Positions 30,533 to 36,300 of a DNA stretch of 36,300 nucleotides are shown here, in pieces. Numbering within the stretch: the first letter of the stretch is position 1; each line of letters begins with the position of its first letter. Source of the stretch: a virus; the IMG/VR virus record IMGVR_UViG_3300045988_181135; one strand, given 5' to 3'. The notes under the pieces are model-generated. The model was not told where the DNA came from. It made no database searches and saw only the letters and a list, made by a program, of their open reading frames with translations. Position numbers and translations under genes: made by a program.

Positions 30533-31026
30533 TTCTCGCCCCTATCCTTCTCGACAGTACCGACACATAGCTGCTCGATGCGGTCCCTGATATCGTTGAC
30601 CATCCAACTCGCACCGTACCCCGCGCAGTGAGAACGCCTGCACACATCGTCCTCGGGTATACGTCCACAGCACAGGCCCACGGCGAGGTTGTAGCCGCAC
30701 TCCAGATGTCCGCCGCGCGCGTCCTGTTGCAAAGCCTTACCGAGGTCCTTCAGCAGCCTCTCGAAGCTGTCGGGCCTGCGGAGATAGCAGTCGTCGGCGT
30801 ACGCGTCCCTGCCGGAGCCAAGGTGCACGACCCACCGCTGAGACCAGGTCGAGAACTCGTACGACTCAACTTTAAGGAACCTCCCCTCCGCGTCGAACAG
30901 CCTTACGGTGTCCAGCGGAATACGGCCGCCCTCCGCGTCGACTGGGCCCAGCGGCCCCAGCGTCGGCAGCTGAACCACCTCCCCGTCCGCCGTCATAAGG
31001 CTGTCGACCGCAAGTCGCTCACTCAT
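30529..31026 (-). CDS. Hypothetical protein (165 aa)
   Basis: ATG 31026 makes an ATGA overlap with the upstream stop. Coding bias is good. Confidence 0.6.
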   Translation of the reverse strand: MSERLAVDSLMTADGEVVQLPTLGPLGPVDAEGGRIPLDTVRLFDAEGRFLKVESYEFSTWSQRWVVHLGSGRDAYADDCYLRRPDSFERLLKDLGKALQQDARGGHLECGYNLAVGLCCGRIPEDDVCRRSHCAGYGASWMVNDIRDRIEQLCVGTVEKDRGEK

Positions 31027-31229
31027 TTCCCGCTCCACTCCTTCTCGATCTCCTTCTCCTCCGCGACCATGATCAGCGCCTTGTTGAGGCATCGCCTCGC
31101 CTGGCGCAGCTCATCGCAGATGTCGCACCCCTGTCGCAGCCCGTCGCACTCCCTGAGCGACCTCTTGGCGTCCTCGAGCCTGCCAATGGCGAGGTCGATC
31201 CAGTCGGCGGGTCCGCACGCGTAGCTCAC
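31023..31229 (-). CDS. Hypothetical protein (68 aa)
   Basis: Tightly packed in the early operon, Cys-rich and helical. Confidence 0.55.
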   Translation of the reverse strand: MSYACGPADWIDLAIGRLEDAKRSLRECDGLRQGCDICDELRQARRCLNKALIMVAEEKEIEKEWSGK

Positions 31230-31561
31230 CGCGACTCACCCCTCACGCCGAAGATGTCGGCCAGGATGTCGCCCGGCGACGCCACGAACGGCTCGGGGCT
31301 GATCGGGTCGTAGGTCACCTCGAGGTAGCCCGGGTAGCCGATCGTCACGCCCGTGGGCTCGCGCCCCGGAAGAAGCTGGTAGCCCCAGGCCACGCTCACC
31401 CTGTGCTCGTCCAGGATGGTCTCGGTGCGCTCCACGCGAAACCTGTAGCCGCCCACCCGCTCCGTGTCGTACGTGTCATCGGCCCAGGGAATCCGGTGCC
31501 TGTCGAGGGCGTCGCGGTAGGCCCTCATCACCGCTGAGATCTCGGTCAAAACCTCTCTCAC
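31226..31561 (-). CDS. Hypothetical protein (111 aa)
   Basis: Coding bias is good, with a 4-nt overlap onto the next gene. Confidence 0.6.
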   Translation of the reverse strand: MREVLTEISAVMRAYRDALDRHRIPWADDTYDTERVGGYRFRVERTETILDEHRVSVAWGYQLLPGREPTGVTIGYPGYLEVTYDPISPEPFVASPGDILADIFGVRGESR

Positions 31562-31579
31562 TCTCCTATCTCAAAAGAA

Positions 31580-31915
31580 TTAGGTGTTCTTTGCCGCGTG
31601 GGCTTCCCCGCCGGCGCCGTTTCCACTGCCTAGCGGCGGGAACCCCATCGCCTGCTGGCCCAGCTGCCCCGCCGCCGTTGGCACATTTTTGGCATACCTC
31701 CAGCTCGGCTTCTCGCCCCTTGCGATGGCGGCGATGTCCATCCGCAGGTCCTCCTTGGCGCGCTTGCGGGCGCGGTACTCGTCGAGCTTCTGCTTCTTGG
31801 CCAGGCGCGCGCCCTCGTCGGCGCTGATGACGTTGGCCATGTAGATCCGCGTCACGTCGAGCGGCCGGCCGGCTGCGGGGTCGAAGCCGTCGAGCATCTC
31901 CCTGAGGGTGATCAT
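31580..31915 (-). CDS. Hypothetical protein (111 aa)
   Basis: Coding bias is good, with a 4-nt overlap onto the upstream gene. Confidence 0.6.
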   Translation of the reverse strand: MITLREMLDGFDPAAGRPLDVTRIYMANVISADEGARLAKKQKLDEYRARKRAKEDLRMDIAAIARGEKPSWRYAKNVPTAAGQLGQQAMGFPPLGSGNGAGGEAHAAKNT

Positions 31916-32637
31916 GCCGACTCACCCAGCTCCCGCTCGAGGGCGGCGATGACGTCGTCCTCGGTCTCGGCGGGCTTCCACACCGCCGCGCGCTCGACCT
32001 CCTGGGAGGTCTGCCCGCCGCGGGCCTTGCGCTCGGCGTCGTAGCCGCGCTCGCGGTCAGACCAGATGCGGGCGACCGGCTCCCACTTCGCGATGGGGAA
32101 GCCCTGCCTGGTCCAGCCGTTGGACTCGTAGTAGTCGAAAAACTTGCTGGCGCTGCCGCGCAGGCAGTTGGCGGCGAAGTACGCCTCGACCTCCTCGAGG
32201 GTCGGCGGGACGAACTCGGCGCCCCCTCCCCCTTCGTTTTCACAATCTGAGGGGTTAATCCAGACTCCTAACTCCTCTTCCCCTTCCTCTTCCTCTTCGC
32301 TTGCGCGTTTGCTTTCCGTTTTGCTTGCGCTTTTGCTTTCCGTTTTGCTTGCGCTTTTGCTTTCCGTTTTGCTTGCGCGTTTGCTTTCTGGTTTGCTTGC
32401 GGCTCCGCTTGCTGCGCTGCCACGGCTCAGCCCGCCCTTCCTTCCGGCCTCCGCCCTGGCGCGGCTGTTCTCGAGGACCGGCATGATCAGCGTGATGGCC
32501 ATCCTCTGGGCGTCGGTGCGCGGCTCGGGCACCTCGCCGGTCACGAGGTAGCGAACCATCATGCCGAGCAGCTCGTTGCTCTCGCGCCTGTTGCCGAGGC
32601 ACAGCGCGCCCTCGACGAGGGAATCAAGTATCGTCAT
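31912..32637 (-). CDS. DUF6291-like / replication-organiser-like protein with an internal SKTESK(S/R)A repeat (241 aa)
   Basis: ATG 32637 lies 8 nt after GGAGG. The N-terminal LVRYLVTGEVPE...NSRARAEAGRKGG and the C-terminal EVEAYF...FFDYYESNGW...WR are reminiscent of phage DUF6291-type proteins; this is from memory. Confidence 0.5.
   Translation of the reverse strand: MTILDSLVEGALCLGNRRESNELLGMMVRYLVTGEVPEPRTDAQRMAITLIMPVLENSRARAEAGRKGGLSRGSAASGAASKPESKRASKTESKSASKTESKSASKTESKRASEEEEEGEEELGVWINPSDCENEGGGGAEFVPPTLEEVEAYFAANCLRGSASKFFDYYESNGWTRQGFPIAKWEPVARIWSDRERGYDAERKARGGQTSQEVERAAVWKPAETEDDVIAALERELGESA
32299..32402. repeat. 24-bp tandem repeat, 4.3 copies, in frame inside 31912..32637
   Basis: GCTTGCGC(G/T)TTTGCTTTCCGTTTT units start at 32299, 32323, 32347 and 32371, with a partial copy at 32395. 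Confidence 0.9.
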
Positions 32638-33823
32638 ACGTATCACCTCCGCAGATCGAATCGGTAAAGGCCGCGGCGGCGGCCTGGTCGCGGCCCGGCA
32701 TGACCGAGCCGTAGATGTCGAGCGTCGTCTTGACGCTCGCGTGCCCCAGGCGCTCCTGGATGGTCCTCATGTCGAACCCGTTCATGAGCAGCCACGAGGC
32801 GTGCGTGTGCCTCAGGGAATGGAACACCGTCTCCTCCGGCAGCCCCAGGTCCCTCACGAGCGACTTGAAGCGGCTCGTCACGGTGGACGGGCGCGCGATG
32901 GCTCCGGCGGGCCCGAAGGTCACCACCAGCGCCGCCGGGCCCTTGCGCGAGAGCCACGTGTCCTGCCACTCCAGGTGGCGCTGCAGCCGCGCCTCCACCG
33001 CCGGGGCGAGCGCCACGTTGCGCACGCGCCTGCCCTTGGTGTAGGCCTGCCGGTGCAGCTCGGGGCGCTCGACCGCCTGCCCCACCACGTGCAGGTCGTG
33101 CAGGGAGCGGCGCCAGTCTCGGCGCTGCAGCCCGCAGATCTCCCCGCAGCGCAGGCCCGTGTTGAGGGCGAGGTAGACCGCCATGGCCTCGGTGCGCCGC
33201 GAGATGTTGGCGGCAGAGGCAGATCGCGAGGACATGGCGGAGGCCAGCGCCCGGGAGAGCTCGTCGGTGTCGAGCTCGGACAGCGCGAACGGCTCCACGG
33301 GGTCGGGCGAGGGCGCGGGGACGTCGAGCATGATGTCGCGGCCCAGCGCCGGCCGCCACGAGCGGTAGGCGCCCTTCAGCAGCGCGTGCATCTTGAGCAG
33401 CGTCTTGGGCGACAGCCCCTTGCCGCTCCTGGGGGCGAGCAGCATGCGGTACGCCGCCGACACGTCCCAGGGCTCAAGCTGGTCGTAGGGAAGCCGCCCG
33501 ATGGTCGGCTCCACCATCGTCCTTACCACGCTGCGGTACGTGGCCACCGAGTTGTCGGACAGGCCGTTGACGGGGTCCGAGATGTACGTCTCGAGCATCG
33601 AGGACAGGCGCTTGGAGCTGTCGCGCGCGGAGGAAGGGTCGAACGTGGCCGCCCACCTGTCGCACTCGGCCTGTGCCTGCTCGCGCGACAGTCCCGCGTC
33701 CCACGACCTGTACGGCCTGATCCGCCTGCCGGTCACGCGGTCGGTGCCCATGTAGGGGCGCGCGAACCAGCGCCCGTCCGCCCCGCGCTGCACGACCGCC
33801 CGGCGCTCGCTAGATGTCGGCAT
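32624..33823 (-). CDS. Second full-length tyrosine integrase (Int3, about 399 aa) embedded in the early operon
   Basis: It has the arm-binding-like N-terminus GRWFARPYMGTDRVTGRRIRPYRSW. Catalytic pieces are GLRCGEICGL (Arg), YTKGRRVR (Lys), HSLRHTHAS (HxxR), LGHAS and DIYGSV (Tyr). Confidence 0.85.
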   Translation of the reverse strand: MPTSSERRAVVQRGADGRWFARPYMGTDRVTGRRIRPYRSWDAGLSREQAQAECDRWAATFDPSSARDSSKRLSSMLETYISDPVNGLSDNSVATYRSVVRTMVEPTIGRLPYDQLEPWDVSAAYRMLLAPRSGKGLSPKTLLKMHALLKGAYRSWRPALGRDIMLDVPAPSPDPVEPFALSELDTDELSRALASAMSSRSASAANISRRTEAMAVYLALNTGLRCGEICGLQRRDWRRSLHDLHVVGQAVERPELHRQAYTKGRRVRNVALAPAVEARLQRHLEWQDTWLSRKGPAALVVTFGPAGAIARPSTVTSRFKSLVRDLGLPEETVFHSLRHTHASWLLMNGFDMRTIQERLGHASVKTTLDIYGSVMPGRDQAAAAAFTDSICGGDTYDDT

Positions 33824-34169
33824 CGACACCGAGGTCCTCGGCAATGCGGGCGATCTCGTCGCGCGCACCGAAGTCGACGCAGTACGCCTCCTCGGCGCCC
33901 GCGGCGATGTCGTCCTCGAGCGCAGGAAGGAGGATGAACCCCTTCGCGGTATTGGGGTCGACCCCCAACTTGGCGGCGAGCTTCAGGACCATCGCCACCG
34001 CGCCGTGGGCGAGGTTCGCGAGGTCCCGGACACCAAAGGAGCCGGACAGCACACCGTCTTCAGACGAGTCATCGAGCGTCACCACGACCATGGCGGACTT
34101 TGCCTCCAGCTCGCACCCGCACCCCTTGTACTCGACCGTTATCTTGGTCATCTGGTCGTCCCTACTCAT
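33810..34169 (-). CDS. Hypothetical protein, tandem paralog B (119 aa)
   Basis: ATG 34169 sits inside the duplicated junction AAGGAGGAGAAGGATGAGTAG. It is similar to 34162..34518 (TV..KG....L....A.VVVT...GDL/RDL...A.GAV). Confidence 0.6.
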   Translation of the reverse strand: MSRDDQMTKITVEYKGCGCELEAKSAMVVVTLDDSSEDGVLSGSFGVRDLANLAHGAVAMVLKLAAKLGVDPNTAKGFILLPALEDDIAAGAEEAYCVDFGARDEIARIAEDLGVDADI

Positions 34170-34518
34170 CCTTCTCCTCCTTGGCAGATTCGTCCGCATC
34201 GATGTCGAGGTTGTATCTGATCGCGTCCCGCTCTTCCTCCTCCGTGTATCCGCAGCTTGTCGCTGCGTGGACGAGTTCGATGCGCATGCGGTCCTCGGGA
34301 ACGCCGGCCCCGATACCGAACGAGAGCAGCTCGGAGACGGCTCCGTCGGCGAGGACCGGGAGCGCGTCGCGGTCGAGGTCGCCGATATGGCACGCGGGGC
34401 CGGGAATGTTGTCCGCCCCAGCCGTCACCACCACGGCGGTGCGGCAGTAGAGCGAGTGCTCGCGCCCCCTGGCCTTCACTGTCACCGTGACGTAGTTCTC
34501 GTCCTCTTCGCTACTCAT
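34162..34518 (-). CDS. Hypothetical protein, tandem paralog A (118 aa)
   Basis: ATG 34518 sits inside the same 22-nt junction. It ends KEEKDE*, as the ParB-like protein does. Confidence 0.6.
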   Translation of the reverse strand: MSSEEDENYVTVTVKARGREHSLYCRTAVVVTAGADNIPGPACHIGDLDRDALPVLADGAVSELLSFGIGAGVPEDRMRIELVHAATSCGYTEEEERDAIRYNLDIDADESAKEEKDE

Positions 34519-35740
34519 CCTTCTCCTCCTTGAAACTCTCCTGAACCCTCGCCCTGAGCCACTCGTCTTCATCGTTCGGCGTAAAGCCTGCGGCGCGGAA
34601 CACGTTCCAGTGCTCGATCCACCCCTCCGCGTCGTCGCCGCAGTAGCTGGAGTTGAGCTGGGCCATGTTCTTGGCTATGCGCATGAGGCTGCAGCCGGCC
34701 TCGTACTTACCGGGATCCGTCGCTCCGAGACGTGCCATGAACCTGTCTCGCGCCTGCTGGAGGCGCTCTTCGCCCATCGTGTCAGACAATCCAACCGGAA
34801 CTATGCGGTTCTCGAGCACATGCCGCGCAATGCCATCGCACACAACGAAGGCTCCGTCCGCGGTGAAGTCGACCATGCGCCCGTACATGTCCTCGAGCGC
34901 GGCTTCCTCGCGCTCGGCCTCCTGCTCGGCTCGGATCTCCTCCTCGGTCTTCTCGGGCTCGGCGTCCTCGCCGCCCTTCGGAGCGAAGAATTCCCAGTAG
35001 TAGTCATTCCACACGGCAACGGTGCCGGCGGCAAACTCCTTCGCCTCGAGCTTCGCGGCAACGAGGCCGGGGTGGGCCCAGTCCTTGTAGACGAACCCCT
35101 CAGGCTTTTCCTTCGCGACCGGGATGCCCGCATCGCCGAACGCGTCGTAATCCTCGGCCTTGGCCTCCTCGCGCTCGATGCGGCGGCGGATCCGGTCGGC
35201 CTTGTCCGCCCAGCCCTCGCCGGCCGCCAGCACGGCCTCAACGTCCTTCTCGTCGTCGAAGGCGCTCGCGGCCTCAAGCTGCTCCAACGTCACCTGCCGG
35301 CCCTCGATACTCCCGCGCAGCTTGCGCGCGGCGCGGATCTGCCCGGCGGTGGCGCGGCTCGCGCGCTCGATGCGCTGCTCGTCGATGCCTAGCACGAGCA
35401 TCTGCTGCACGCCGCGGGCGCGCTCCGCCTCGGTCAGCTGTCGCTTGTCGTCGGTGGCGAGCATGGCCACGAGCTCATTGGCCTCGTCCATGCTCTCCGC
35501 CACCAGCGCGGACACCTCGCGGTCCTCCCCGTAGAGCGACGACAACGCGCGGTAGCGGCGCTCGCCGTCCACGATGCGGTAGACGTTGCCGTCCGCCACG
35601 ACCACGGGCGGGTTCAGCGGCTCGCCGCCGGTCGCCTCGATGCTGCGGGCCAGGGCGCCGATGTCGCCGAAGTCCTCGCGCGGATTCTGCTCGCTGGGGC
35701 GGATATCGCCCAGGCGCACGGCCCTCTTCTCAAACTGCAT
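34511..35740 (-). CDS. ParB-like N-terminal (ParBc) domain protein (409 aa)
   Basis: ATG 35740 follows AGGAGGAATGAC. IRPSEQNPREDFGDIGALARSIEATG...IVDGERRYRAL is the ParB/Sulfiredoxin-type motif. Confidence 0.8.
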   Translation of the reverse strand: MQFEKRAVRLGDIRPSEQNPREDFGDIGALARSIEATGGEPLNPPVVVADGNVYRIVDGERRYRALSSLYGEDREVSALVAESMDEANELVAMLATDDKRQLTEAERARGVQQMLVLGIDEQRIERASRATAGQIRAARKLRGSIEGRQVTLEQLEAASAFDDEKDVEAVLAAGEGWADKADRIRRRIEREEAKAEDYDAFGDAGIPVAKEKPEGFVYKDWAHPGLVAAKLEAKEFAAGTVAVWNDYYWEFFAPKGGEDAEPEKTEEEIRAEQEAEREEAALEDMYGRMVDFTADGAFVVCDGIARHVLENRIVPVGLSDTMGEERLQQARDRFMARLGATDPGKYEAGCSLMRIAKNMAQLNSSYCGDDAEGWIEHWNVFRAAGFTPNDEDEWLRARVQESFKEEKDE

Positions 35741-35750
35741 GTCATTCCTC

Positions 35751-35909
35751 CTAGTAGTACATCCCGCTCGGGGTGGTCCCCTCGATGGCGCCGGCGATGG
35801 CAAAGAGCGCAAGCATCACGAGGGCGCACACAACGCTCTGCGTCCGCTCGGACAACGTTCCCCACCAGGCCGACACCCGGTCGCTAAGCAGCAAAAGAAT
35901 CTCGCTCAT
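35751..35909 (-). CDS. Small membrane protein (52 aa)
   Basis: ATG 35909 follows GAGGAGGGAACCC. It has a hydrophobic helix VVCALVMLALFAIAGAI. Confidence 0.4.
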   Translation of the reverse strand: MSEILLLLSDRVSAWWGTLSERTQSVVCALVMLALFAIAGAIEGTTPSGMYY

Positions 35910-36144
35910 GGGTTCCCTCCTCGATCCACTCGTCGACCCACTCGGGGCGCACCAGGTAGCCGCGGCAGCGGCCATCGGGCAGGCAGTAGGTGAGCCTGCG
36001 CGCAGTGCATTCGTCTCGAAGGGTGTTGTAGGGCACCCCCAGCACGCGCGACACCTCGTCGAGCGTGTACAGCAGCTTGCGCGGCAACTTGAGCTCGGCC
36101 GCAAGTGCTCTAAACGTCTGGGGCTTCTTGCTGGTATCATCCAT
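35884..36144 (-). CDS. Excisionase-family / MerR-like HTH DNA-binding protein (86 aa), first gene of the early operon
   Basis: YTLDEVSRVLGVPYNTLRDECTARRLTYCLPDGRCRGYLVRPEWVDEWI matches the Xis/AlpA-type HTH pattern. AAAGGAGG RBS upstream. Confidence 0.7.
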   Translation of the reverse strand: MDDTSKKPQTFRALAAELKLPRKLLYTLDEVSRVLGVPYNTLRDECTARRLTYCLPDGRCRGYLVRPEWVDEWIEEGTHERDSFAA

Positions 36145-36165
36145 GGATGACCTCCTTTCAGGTCG

Positions 36166-36209
36166 GCCTCCCGCGTACGGTCCTAAACGCTGCGGGAGGC
36201 TCTTTTTTT
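36166..36209 (+). terminator. Canonical intrinsic-terminator structure in + orientation
   Basis: GCCTCCCGC (36166-36174), a 17-nt loop, then GCGGGAGGC (36192-36200), followed by TCTTTTTTT. Confidence 0.55.
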
Positions 36210-36300
36210 GGGTCGGGCGTAGGGCGGACCCTCCCCCGACACGGCACCGGCTGGAACGCCCGGCGGATGGTTAACGGAGCCCGCCGGGACCGGTGCCGCC
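36202..36300. repeat. Terminal direct repeat copy 2 (identical to 1..99)
   Basis: Exact 99-nt match to the window start. Unique genome length is therefore 36,201 bp. Confidence 0.95.

Overview
The first 99 nt are identical to the last 99 nt, so this window is a complete, circularly assembled genome with a unique length of 36,201 bp. It is a temperate siphovirus-type phage, visibly GC-rich with AGGAGG-type RBSs, and probably infects a high-GC Gram-positive (Actinomycetota-like) host; that host call is inference only. Layout: (i) A lysogeny arm on the + strand (about 1254-5364) carries a CI-like XRE repressor, morons including a low-GC DUF3644-like gene, and tyrosine integrase Int1 next to an attP-like repeat cluster. 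(ii) A divergent Cro-like switch lies at 878-1253. (iii) A long minus-strand lytic arm wraps through the window ends. It runs XRE/Xis-like HTH genes, a ParB-like protein, a second full-length integrase, many small Zn-ribbon proteins (one Lar-like) and a sigma-r4-like late regulator. It then runs a hicAB cassette, HNH-TerS-TerL, portal, a gp7/MuF-like minor head protein with a nuclease-toxin-like C-terminus, and two tRNAs (Leu-CAG, Trp-CCA). It ends with scaffold, capsid, connectors, major tail, G/GT chaperones with an A_AAA_AAC slippery site, tape measure, Dit, Gp37-like protein, collagen-like fibres, tail fibre, holin and endolysin. The stand-out feature is a shufflon-like multiple-inversion module at 8052-10490. 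A short tyrosine recombinase is followed by five perfect copies of ATTCTGTATCCC, three forward and two inverted. These frame four silent, in-frame, start-less C-terminal cassettes plus the currently expressed C-terminus of tail-fibre gene 10159..10989. Other points worth a look: a strictly 10-bp-phased GCAAT array upstream of the packaging genes, a duplicated palindromic element bracketing the DUF3644 gene, three tyrosine recombinases in one small genome, and tandem paralog sets. Long + strand ORFs antisense to the structural genes are treated as GC-driven shadows.
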